A stretch of 64,000 nt of DNA from the NCBI RefSeq assembly GCF_009914755.1, contig NC_060936.1; one strand, 5' to 3'. Both the position numbers and the translations under genes were made by a program. Below, piece by piece: positions 1 through 11,526 of the stretch (positions are counted from its first letter, which is position 1; the number at the start of each line of letters is the position of its first letter). A model generated the notes under the pieces. That model saw only the letters and a program-made list of their open reading frames with translations. It did no database searches and was not told where the DNA came from. The DNA is from the human T2T-CHM13v2.0 reference genome, Homo sapiens.

Positions 1-61
1 CTTGCAGATGTGTTTTTTTAATGAAAAAGTGACTTTTTATTTTTTTCCATATTCAATGAAG

Positions 62-1325
62 TTTTTTTTTATACTTTAAGTTTTAGGGTACATGTGCACA
101 ATGTGCAGGTTAGTTACATATGTATACATGTGCCATGTTGGGGTGCTGCACCCATTAACTCGTCATTTAACATTAGGTATATCTCCTAATGCTATCCCTC
201 CCCCTTCCCCCCACCCCACAACAGGCCCTGGTGTGTGATGTTCCCCTTCCTGTGTCCATGTGTTCTCATTATTCAATTCCCACCTATGAGTGAGAACATG
301 AGGTGTTTGGTTTTTTGTCCTTGTGATAGTTTGCTAAGAATGATGGTTTCCAGCTTCATCCATGTCCCTAAAAAGGACATGAACTCATCATTTTTTATGG
401 CTGCATAGTATTCCATGGTGTATATGTGCCACATTTTCTTAATCCAGTCTGTCATTGTTGGACATTTGAGTTGGTTCCAACTCTTTGCTATTGTGAATAG
501 TGCCGCAACAAACATACATGTGCGTGTGTCTTTATAGCAGCATGTTTTATAATCCTTTGGGTATATACCCAGTAATGAGATGGCTGGGTCAAATGGTATT
601 TCTAGTTCTAGATCCCTCAGGAATCGCCACACTGACTTCCACAATGGTTGAACTAGTTTAAAGTCCCACCAACAGTGTAAAAGTGTTCCTATTTCTCCAC
701 ATCCTCTCCAGCACCTGTTGTTTCCTGACTTTAATGATCGCCATTCTAACTGGTGTGAGATGATATCTTCTTGTGGTTTTGATTTGCATTTCTCTCATGG
801 CCAGTGATGATGAGCATTTTTTCATGTGTCTTTTGGCTGCATAAATGTCTTCTTTTGAGAAGTGTCTGTTCATATCCTTTGCCCACTTTTTGATGGGGTT
901 GTTTGTTTTTTTCTTGTAAATTTGTCTGAGTTCATTGTAGATTCTGGATATTAGTTCTTTGTCAGATGAGTAGATTGCAAAAATTTTCTCTCATTCTGTA
1001 GGTTGCCTGTTCACTCTGATGGTAGTTTCTTTTGCTGTTCAGAAGCTCTTTAGTTTAATTAGATCCCATTTGTCAATTTTGGCTTTTGTTGCCATTGCTT
1101 TTGCTGTTTTAGACAAGAAGCCCTTGCCCATGCCTATGTCCTGAATGGTATTGCCTAGGTTTTCTTCTAGTGTTTTTATGGTTTTAGGTCTAACATTTAA
1201 GTCTTTAACAAAAACAAGCAATGGGGAAAGGATTTCCTATTTAATAAATGGTGCTAGGAAAACTGGCTAGCCATATGTAGAAAGCTGAAACTGGATCCCT
1301 TCCTTACACCTTATACAAAAATTAA
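62..1325 (-). mobile_element. 5'-truncated, 5'-inverted L1PA (L1PA4/5-like) LINE-1
   Basis: Poly-T at 62-70 is followed by L1 3'UTR and ORF2 C-terminus on the minus strand (ORFs 273..644 ending SLIGGN, 658..873, 1039..1221). 1207-1325 is the adjacent ORF2 segment in plus orientation. TSD tgcaga(t/c)gtgtttt(t/c)tt at 3-19 and 1326-1342. Confidence 0.93.
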
Positions 1326-1639
1326 TGCAGACGTGTTTTCTTAAAGCGTTCACTGCTAGGAAGTGATGCTCAAAATTAAACGTTATAAGAGCTAGTATCT
1401 TATACTGGCCATGGGGCAACTGCACTTTCAAAATTTTTCCAGATCAAGGACATAAGTTCAGTGCATTGAACACTGAAATTTTCCCTTAAAGACATCCAGA
1501 TTTACTGCTTAAAAATTGAGGGCTTCCTACAGGAAATCCCACAATCTAAAGCTAGATTGAACAAAAAGGAAATGTAATTTGAATTTACAACTAATATGTC
1601 AGACACCATAGAAAGTAATACCATTCATAGCATTTCTGG

Positions 1640-1780
1640 GGAGATAAATATTATTACTTCCATTTCTCCAGTAGTTAAGGAAGTGTATTTCAAAGGCACT
1701 AAGTAACTTGCCAACTGATACACCTAGTAAATGCCAGAACTAGAACACCAAATATCGTGTCTGATTCACTCAGCCTTTCC
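1640..1780 (-). mobile_element. MIR fragment
   Basis: MIR core-like sequence 'aagtaacttgcc...ctagtaaatgccagaactagaac...tgtctgattc'. Confidence 0.6.
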
Positions 1781-2169
1781 CAGAAGTCTTCTGGATGGTC
1801 CACCAGAGAGAATCAATAATTAACCAATACTGGGAATGAGATTAATTTTCTGACAAGAGAGATCCAGGGACAATGAATACACTTGGTCTAAACTACATGA
1901 CCCACAGAACATTCACCACTATTACAAGAGTCAAGAAAAGATCTAGACACTATCTCAGAACCTCACTTCCCTCATGTTTTCTGCCCCCATCACCGCTAGC
2001 AGGAAAGGTCCTAATACTGATAGCCTTTCCGCCAGTTTCTTCATTGCCTCCACAGGTATTACTCTTAAAATTGTCATTGTTTTAGGTCATCTAAGACAAA
2101 ATTCACAAGCAAAATGGAAACATTCATGTATTCCCTCATCTTCTACACTTCAGTTTTCTAAGACTCTGT

Positions 2170-2617
2170 GTATTCCCTAATCTATCCCATTCTCCCACTC
2201 CTGTTTAACTCTTGAAACTCTAATTCATGGTCTATCGTTTGCAAAATTCCCTTTAATCTCAACCTCATCTTGAAATTTCCTTTTACCTTATTGCTCTAAA
2301 CCTGACTCACCCTACAAAAGATTTTATTCTGCAATCCTCTCAACTGGTGATTTTTTCCCCCCACACTCTATATTACTGGGACTAGAGGTAGATATTCTAC
2401 ACTTTACTGCAGATTCCATGTCTTTCTCCCCTGCTACTCCCTAATAACACTCATTTTTGAAAGAAACAGTTACATATTTGTCCTGGATTATTGACACTCT
2501 CTTCAATACTGCAACTAACATAATTCTTAAAATTTTAATATACACATTCAAGATTTGTCCATTATTCTGACCTCTTAATTTATAAACTCTTCTCAAAATA
2601 ACTTTTCTTTTTGCTAA
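2170..2617 (+). mobile_element. Degraded L2 fragment, interrupted by the ERV
   Basis: Pyrimidine-rich degenerate L2-like sequence. It appears to resume after 6460. Confidence 0.45.
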
Positions 2618-3190
2618 TGTCATGGACAAGGAAAATCTTTCCTTTTGCCCTCTGCAGGTTCACTGAAATTTACTAACAAGAGGTAGATTAATAGGTGAAA
2701 AAGGCATACAGCTGGATTTGATAATAGTTCTATGTGGCAAGAAAGCCTTCAAAATGAAGACCCAAAGATACAGAGAAAATTGTCCATTTTTATGCTTAGG
2801 TTCAACAAAGTATAAACAGCTATGTAGAAATATGATTGGACAAAAAGTATATAACCTAATGCGAATAGATTGATTGACAGAACCCAGAAAGCCCTGTCTG
2901 CCTAGATTTTTCTTGGCCCTCTCTGAGCATGTATTTTTTTCTTTCTGAGTATGGGGCAGAACCCTGTCTGACATAGGGGTCTTATGACCTACAGCCAAGC
3001 AAGGTAGGCCAGATAATTTCTTTATAGCCTGTTTTAGCAAAGAAAGGTGTGGGAAAGTTAGAGTAATATCTTTAGGTTTCATGGTTGGCTTTAGGAAAAA
3101 TGGGTTCGGTTTCTGCGACCTGCCTTGGGAAGCAGGAATTCTAGTTTCTATGATTTACATTGCGGGAGAGTGGGACAGAGAGAGAACCAG
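2618..3190 (-). mobile_element. ERV1 LTR (MER34/MER39-like), 3' portion
   Basis: Minus strand ends '...gtgaacctgcagagggcaaaaggaaagattttccttgtccatgaca'. 2918-3180 aligns with 6018-6275. Confidence 0.75.
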
Positions 3191-4542
3191 TCTATCAATC
3201 CCGAGAGTAGGCCAGACCAGGTAAACAGTTATACATAAGGTTGCTGTAATGATGATTCTTTTCCAAAGTTTATACTAAGTTATCTAGTTTTAGCTTGTAG
3301 GACTTCTGGGAAAAGCAGTTTTAATTTCAGTTATTCTAAGAAAGATTTTTTAAAAATGAAAGCATTCGTTTAGAGATTTGTAGCCAGGAAATAATTAAGG
3401 ATTCTGTCTAAATTGTGGGAAAATAATAAAAAATCAAAAACAATGGGCAAGGTGAAATCTAGTAACTTGTATACTATAGTTTTCTTTTGAAACATATTTT
3501 TTCCTCCAATACCCGATTTCCACCAAAGGCAAAACACAGTTGAAAAAAATTTCTGTGTAAAATACTTGTAGTTTCATTATACTTGGTCTGATTATTTGCA
3601 TAAAGTACAACAAGAGTAGTGACTTGCTATATAAGCTCTTTTTAAGTTTGCTTTCTTGGAACTTCTTTATAAAGAATCTCAGATTAGACTTTTAAAAGCC
3701 TCAAGGCTAGGAAGCCAAGCCAAGGATTTGTAATTAAACTATGATTATAACATGAATTGGATTAATTCCTATCTTCTCAAGGTTCAAAAATATCTTAAGG
3801 TTCCTGTGTATGTCAGAAAGTGACATTCTTTACTTACATCAGGTCAAGAACCTTGTGAAGGAACCATGAAGAGAAGATATAAGGACAGTCTTTCTAAGGG
3901 GCTTTTTCTTTGCTCTACAAATTTAACCATAATTTTTCAAGCCAATCTGGTCATATCTGAAAATATGCCATTCCAGTCAAAACCTTGGTAAAGTAACCAG
4001 TATCTCCAATTTTGTCCTGTTACAAATAAAAGCAGATACTAATTGAATTTATACAAATAGCAATATTGTCATAAATCAACATTTATCCTGAATAGTTTCC
4101 AAATTATGGAGAAATCAGATAGAGAAGAATATGAATGTTTCAATTTTGCTTACAAAAGTATATTTTACCCAATTTTTGTAATCTAAAATAGTCTAAAGGA
4201 AAAATGTTTTCTTGACTCTGGAAAATAGAACATAAAAATAATCATCAATGCTTTAAACAAAAAGGTCATGATGAAAATCATTTTAATCTTCTGGTAGTTC
4301 AGTCCCATATCATAAACTCCTGTTCTGTGTGATCTTGGATTGGCAATCTTTATGAACACATTAGTTTTTTAATTAGAATACTTGAAGTTTTTACCCATTC
4401 CAATGATATGATCGCCAAAGTTATCATTAACTTGTATTTGAGAGTATTTGTCAGAGTTCTTTTCACAAATTTCCTTAAAGAAGCAAATTTGGACTGTAGC
4501 TGATTATTAACTGCTTTGTGAGAAGTATCAAAGTAAAGCAAT
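3191..4542 (-). mobile_element. ERV1 non-autonomous internal sequence (MER4-group int-like)
   Basis: Lies between two related LTR segments and has typical MER-int motifs ('gaatctcagattagacttttaaaagcctc', 'aatatgccattccagtcaaaaccttggtaaa'). Resumes at 5954-6010 after the L1. Confidence 0.7.
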
Positions 4543-4555
4543 AATTGTCTGTGTA

Positions 4556-5953
4556 AGGCACATAGACCACTGGAACAGACTAGAGAGCCCAGAAACAAAG
4601 CTGCACTTCTATGACCATCTGATCTTCAACAAATCTGAAAAAAACAAGCAATGGGGAAAACATTCCCTATTATAAATGATGCTGGGATAACCGGCTAGCC
4701 ATATGCAGAAGATTGAAGCTGGGCCTCTTTTTTACACCATACACAAAGATCGACTCAAGATAGATTAAAGGCTTAAATGTAAAACCTAAAACTATTAAAA
4801 AACCTGGGAGACGACCTAGGCAATTCCATCCTAGATGTAGAAACGACAAAGATTTCATGACAAAGACAAAAAAAGCAATCACAACAAAAGCAAAAATTGG
4901 CAAGTGGAATCTAATTAAACTTAAGAGCTTCTGCACAGTAAAAGAAACTACCAACAGAGTAACAGACAACCTACAGAACGGGAGAAAATATTTGCAAACT
5001 ATGCATCTGACAAAGGTCTAATATCCAGAATTTATAAGGAACATAAACAAATTGACAAGAGAAAAACAATCTATTACAAAGTGGACAAAGTGCATGAACA
5101 GACACTTCTCAAAAGAAGACATACATGAGGCCAAGAAACATATAAAAAAAAACTAAGTATCACCAATCATTAGAGAAATGCAAATTGAAACCACAATCAG
5201 GTACCATCTCACGCCAGTCCGAATGGCTATTATGAAAAGGTCAAAAAATTATAGATGCTGTCAAGATTGTGGAGAAAAGGGAGTATTTATACACTGTTGG
5301 TGGGAGTGTAAATTAGTTCTGCCATTGTGGGAAGCAGTATGGTGATTCCTCAAAGAGCTGAAAGTAGAACTATCATTCAACCCAACAACCCCATTACTGG
5401 GTATATACCCAGAAGAATATAAATCATTCTATCATAAAGATACACACACGTGAATGTTCATTGCAGCACTATTCACAACAGCAAAGATATGGACTCAACC
5501 TAAATGCCTGTCAATGACTAACTAGATAAATAAAATGTGATACATATACACCATGGAATACTATGCAGCCATAAAAAAGAACAAGAGTATGTCTTTTGCA
5601 AGAACACAGATGGAGCTACAGGCTACTATTCTTAGCAAACTAATGCAGGGACAGAAAACCAAAAACTGTATGTTCTCACTTATAAGTGGGGTTAAATAAT
5701 AAAAACATATGAACACAAAGAAAGAAACTATTGACACTGGGGTCTACTTGATGGGGGAGGGTGGGAGAAGGATGAGGAGCAGAAAAGGTAACTACTGGAT
5801 ACTGTGCTTAGTACCTGGGTGATGAAATAATATGTACAACAAAGCCCCATTACACATGTTTATCTATGCAACAAACCTTCACATGTACCCCAAAACGTAA
5901 ATAAATGTTAAAAAGAGCAATAAATCAGTAATAAAAAAGAAAAAACTTTTAAA
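4556..5953 (+). mobile_element. 5'-truncated older L1PA (L1PA13-16-like) inserted in the ERV internal region
   Basis: ORF2 3' end, 3'UTR and A-rich tail. TSD aattgtctgt(g/a)ta at 4543-4555 and 5954-5966. Confidence 0.9.
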
Positions 5954-6012
5954 AATTGTCTGTATATAACAAAAGTCTTAGAAATGGTTAAAGACAAAAT
6001 TGACAAGGAAAT

Positions 6013-6362
6013 GTGCGCTCTGAGCATGCATTCCCTCCTTCTGGGTGTGGGGCAGGACCCTTTCAGGAATGGGGGTCTTATGACCTATCTCAAAGTAGGT
6101 CAGATAATTTTTTTATGGCCAGTTTTGACAAAGAAAGACGGGGAAAAGTTATAGTAATATTTTTAGGTTTTATGGCTGGCTTTGAGGAAAACAGATTCTG
6201 GTTTCTATGACCTACCTTGGGAAAGGGGGATTCTAGTTTCTATAATTAACATTGGGGGAGAATGGCCTTGAAAGACAGGAGGGCAGAGATCAGAGAAAAC
6301 CTTTTGCTTCTGAAGCAATTTCTGAGGCCTTGATTTTGGGGTATTGTTTCTGAGTACCAACA
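6013..6362 (-). mobile_element. ERV1 LTR (MER34/MER39-like), 5' portion
   Basis: Minus strand starts 'tgttggtactcagaaacaataccccaaaat'. Paralogous to 2918-3180. Confidence 0.75.
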
Positions 6363-6522
6363 CCATCCTACCTCTTCCATTCATCCAGTGAGCATGGCTA
6401 GACAATGTAATGACAAAACACACACACATAAACACACAAACACACACACACACACGTTAAAAACAAATCCAAGTTGCAATCCTTTCATAGTCTCAACTTG
6501 ATTCAAATCAACTAATAATTTA

Positions 6523-6684
6523 TTTCATAGCTTACCTCATAAGTACCCTCTTTCTTACTCTTCCTTCAAACATAACCTAACCATGTTAGGATATCTATAC
6601 ACTCTTTCATAGCTTACCTCATAAGTACCCTCTTTCTTACTCTTCCTTCAAACATAACCTAACCATGTTAGGATATCTATACAC
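6523..6684. repeat. Perfect tandem duplication (80 identical bp, period 82)
   Basis: 6523-6602 is identical to 6605-6684. Confidence 0.97.
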
Positions 6685-6749
6685 CCTTACTAACTTTAAA
6701 TGTTATGTCATCCTTTTGATATCCTTTATTTTTATTCCATTTGAATTTC

Positions 6750-7690
6750 GAATCAATTATTATTATTACTTTCTTGACTCTTGCATCTAACTTGCTTGTA
6801 AAATTCAGTATCCCAGTAAATCCAACTTTGCTTCTTCCATTTCTGAACCTGTGCAGCTGAATGTAGCTGGAAAATATATAGCCATACCAATTAAACTCAC
6901 TTTAAATTTATGACAAATAATGCTTCCAGTAAGTGTATTTTATACCTCAAATCAGGCAGCCATGCTCTTTTCAAAAGCAAATCTTTCCACTTGTGCACTA
7001 AATCCATTTCCCTCTCTCTTTTTAAGGCTTTGCTCCAGCAGTTCTCCCCTGTTACTCATAAAGCATGAAATTTTCATTCTCTATATTTCCCATTAACTTA
7101 CAATGATCATATTATCACTACCATATTTTAAAAATTACCTCTTGATTATTCTTTGTTTCTTTCCTTCCCTTTGTAACAAAATTTATTGAAAGACTAATCT
7201 GTGTTTACTCTTTATTTCTTGTCAACTTATGCTCTATAAAACCCATTTCAGTCATGCTTGCCCCCTCAACTCCAATGTGCAAATATATGTTTCTCCTTAG
7301 AGCTTTCCTAAAGTTGTGACATCTAATATGTTCCCCCATCTTTCTTACCTGCAGATATCTGCTCAGAATAATTCTCATCTTCTTTTAGTTTTGTCCAAAT
7401 TTTTGTTTCTCAATGAGGTTTACTGTGATTCATTCCATTAAATATTGAAACTTCCTGTTCCCACCCATACCTGCCTTAACTTCACTTTTAGTTTCACCAT
7501 AGCATTTACTTTGCATTACAGCGTGCTAAATAATTTTTCTTATGGTGATTGTTTATTTTCTGTATCACCTGATAGAAAGTCCAATAATATCAGGAATCTT
7601 TGCCTGTTTTATTTAGTGATACATCTAATGGACTTAGAAGAGCCTGAGGCACATAATTAGCACTCAATAAATATATGATGACCAAGTTAA
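6750..7690 (+). mobile_element. L2 remnant including its 3' end
   Basis: Ends in an L2 3' terminus-like sequence 'agcctgaggcacataattagcactcaataaatat'. Confidence 0.65.
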
Positions 7691-7886
7691 TCATTCTATC
7701 TTGCACGTATACACACTAAAATAATATATCAATTAAAACAAAAAAGGCAAAAATATTTGTGTTTTTTTATAATAAAATATTGTTTTCTAGTCTAAACAAC
7801 TGGTATCAATGAGACAGATATGGCCATAAATATCTCTTGCCACAAACAAGAAGAAAATCAGTAAAATATGAAAATATATAATAAGA

Positions 7887-8167
7887 AGACCAGGCCCTTT
7901 GGCTCATGCTTGTAATCTCAGCAATTTGGGAGGCCAAGGCAGGCAGATCGCTTCAGCTCAGAAGTTTGAGATCAGTCTGGGCAACATGGTGATACCTTGT
8001 CTTTACAAATAATACAAAAAATTAGCTGGGCATGGTGACATATGCCTGAAACTACTTGTGAGGCTGAGGTGGGAGGATTGCTTGAGCCTGGGAAATGGAG
8101 GCTGTTGCGCTGCAGCCTAGGTGACAGGGTGAGACCTTGTCTCCAAAAATAAAAATACAAATAAATC
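7887..8167 (+). mobile_element. AluJ-like SINE with a small right-arm deletion
   Basis: Diverged dimeric Alu with J-type features ('gggaggattgcttgagcctggg') and an A-rich tail. Confidence 0.9.
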
Positions 8168-8499
8168 AAGAATATACAAATAAAATTCAGTTAAGACACT
8201 GTATAACCAGGAGGTCAGGATTGTGGTTACTGAAAGAAGGGAATCAAACAAGGTGAACCGATGACTGTCCCACTTTTCTGCCAGAATGCACTTTATGGAA
8301 TGTGGCCAGAGAGATGAAACCCACATAAATAACATGCTGAGTTGTAGAGATAAGGATCAAAGTCAAAAGGTGACATAGCTGTAATTTAAGAAGTAAAGAA
8401 CCAGAGACATGTGAGCTATGGAAAGAAAACATTATTAAAAAAACTTCAGAGGAATTTCCTTGAGGTTTTGCTAAATACTAAGTTTTCTGTGCATTGGAT

Positions 8500-11400
8500 C
8501 AATTTCAATAAAGCCACAAAATATTAATTAATTATAAAAATCCCAGAGCAATTACAGGTTTGAGAGATTTTTATGTTCTGAGAAGCCTACAGGGATTGAC
8601 ATGTTTGAACACCTGTAGAATTTAGTAGAAACCCTAGAACCACCTTTTTTTTTTTTACAACTACCTCTTAATAGGAGAACTAAATTAATCCTAGAGTAAA
8701 GAATAAAACTTTTTAAAACAAGTCTTAAAAAGAGCAGATGAATATGTAATTAATTAAGCTACATGTTAAAGTTCAATATTCTAATACAAATGAAAAGAAA
8801 ATTCATATATGATTGTCACAATGCCCAGCATTGAACAAAAGAACTAGATATGCAAACAAGAAAAAAAGTCACAATTAATCAAAAAAATCAAAATTCAAAA
8901 TACTCTATTGAAACATATGTCAAAGTAAAAAAATAGAATGGAATTTATATAATAAATACAGTGCAAACTATTTGGGTGATGGTTACAGAAGAAGCCCAGA
9001 CTTTGCAGTATGCAATATACCTTTCTAACAAAACTGCCCTTGTACCCCTTGAATTTATAAAAATTTTAAAGGTGATAGAATTCACAGACAAAATCTGAAA
9101 AACTAGATGTAAAATTGGTAAAAAAAAAAAAATTAAAGAACACGTAACAATAGTGAAAAGAAAATGGAAGATATGAAAAAGAACAATATAGAGCTTATAG
9201 AGATAAATTACTTAAAATTTAAAAACAAATCACTGGATGGCCTTAACAACAGATTAGACCTTTCAAAAGACAGATTAGTGACTAGAAATATAGCAATAGA
9301 AAATTTGAAAAACAGCATGGAAAGAAGAAAGGCAGAAACAATTAACAGGGTATTGGTGTTTTGTAATACCATATCACTAAATCAAACATGTGCATAATTT
9401 CAATTCAATAAGTGTTTGAGTGTAGCTAAAAAAAGGTATTTGAAAATAAAATTGTATCCAATTTTTTACAAATGTCCTAATTTAATTAAACTATAAATTT
9501 ATGTATACAAAATGCTCATTATATGGCAAACACGATATCTACAAAGCAACATAACAATCAAATTATTGAAAAACAGTAACAAAGAAAAAATGCTAAAAGC
9601 AGCAATATATTTAAAAACATGCCTACAGGGCAGCAAGTGTAAGAATAACAGCTAACATTTTATCATAAACAACTTAAGTAGGAAAACAATGGAAAAATAT
9701 CATTAAAGTGCTAATAGAAGGTAATGTTGACTTGGATCTAGATCCCCCCATGCACCTCCCACAAAAAACAAACAAACAAACAAACAAACAAAACTGTAGA
9801 CCACATAAAGAAATGTTCAGGGAAGAAAAACACAGAATTCATAACTATATGTACTGTATTACCAGAAATATTAAAATAAAATTATGAACTATGAAGGGTA
9901 ATAATACCAGATGAAAACTCTGAATAAAGAACACTAAAAATAATATATATGTGAGAAATAAAAATAACTTTTATACTCTTATTTTGAAATTGTTATAAAT
10001 TAATAAATTGTTCAATCAATAATAATATGGGGTTGTAAATACATAAATGTAAAATATATGACAATAATTGTATGGAAAACGCAAGGAGAAAATGAAAGTT
10101 CTGGAATTTTATAAAGTGATACATTATTATTTTAAGACGGCCTGTGATAAGATAAAAGTGCATATTACAATTAAACACTAGAAGAAAGATGTAGCTAACA
10201 TAAAAGAAATAATAAAATGACCAAATTCATTCAGAAGAACAGAGGAAAAAGGAACAGATGGGACAAAGAGGAAGCATATATAAAATGGTAGGCCTGAATG
10301 CAATTTTGTTACATTTAGAGGTAATATTAAATGTTAGAACATGTAATGTTAAATTAAATTAAATGATTAGTTTAATGTTAAATTAAATGATTATATTTTA
10401 AAAGTAATATAAAACTACATACTGTGTAAAAATATTAAATGTGAAGGCACAGATTAAGGTAAAAAATAGAATAATCTATAACATAAAAAGTCAACCCTAA
10501 AAGTGCCAGAGTGGCTACATCAATGTTACTCAAGATGTACTTCAATACCAGGGATAATGCTGGTTATTATAAAATAATAAAAAGATAAACTCATTAAAAA
10601 AGCATAATGTTCATAAGAGTACCCTTAAAGTTTTAAAATACATAAAGTTTTATAATACTATAAGAAATAACTTAAATGTAATTAAAATAAAAATGTCAGA
10701 AGCACATAAAATAAAGTACTTAAAAACAAACAAAATATGTACAAAACTTTACACTAAAAAATAACATTGAAATAAATTTTTAAAAATCTAAATAAAAACA
10801 TATGCCATGCTTATGCATTTGAAGACTTAGTATTATTAATATAACAATTCTCCATAATTTATATAAATTCAATGAAATTCAAAGCAAGTAATATTTTTAT
10901 AAAAATTGATAAACTTATAAAATGTGTATGGAAATTTAAATAACCAGAAATTGATAAAACAATTTTTAAAATGGAAAGCAAAGCTAGAGGACTCAAAATA
11001 ATTTTAAGGCAATATAAGGCTATAATAATGAAAATAATGTGATATTGTATAAGGTTAATCCTGCCAACAAAAAAATATTCCAGGATACAGAATAGAGCCC
11101 ACAAATAGACCCACTGATGTATGTCAACTTAGTTTTAACACAGGTTCCAGGTCAATTTGCTGCAAAGGAGATAGTCATTTCAATAAACAATACTAAGTGA
11201 TAGCATGTTCATTTGGAAATTCTATGTTCCACCTTAATATTATACCATGCACAGAAATTAACTCAAAAATTGACTAGACATGAATTAAGGACTCAAACTA
11301 AAACCAAACTTATCTAAGAAAATATAGAATTTTTTTTTCCAGCTTGAAAGTTGCAAAGATATATTACGTGATATAAAACCAAGATACTTCAAAGATAAAA

Positions 11401-11526
11401 TGCTGTTACATTGCACTTCATCAAATTAAATAAAAATAAAATCATACTCTTCAGAAGTCACATATTATAAGAAATAAAAATGCAAGCCACAGACCAGCAG
11501 AAAGTATACGCAACACATATATCTGA
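8500..11526 (+). mobile_element. Ancient L1M (ORF1/ORF2 remnants) with a younger L1 3'-end fragment at ~8965-9070
   Basis: A-rich. ORF 9164..9397 resembles the L1 ORF1 coiled coil (NKSLDGLNNRLD). Degenerate ORF2 3' motifs at 10800-11520 continue after the THE1 insertion. Confidence 0.75.
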
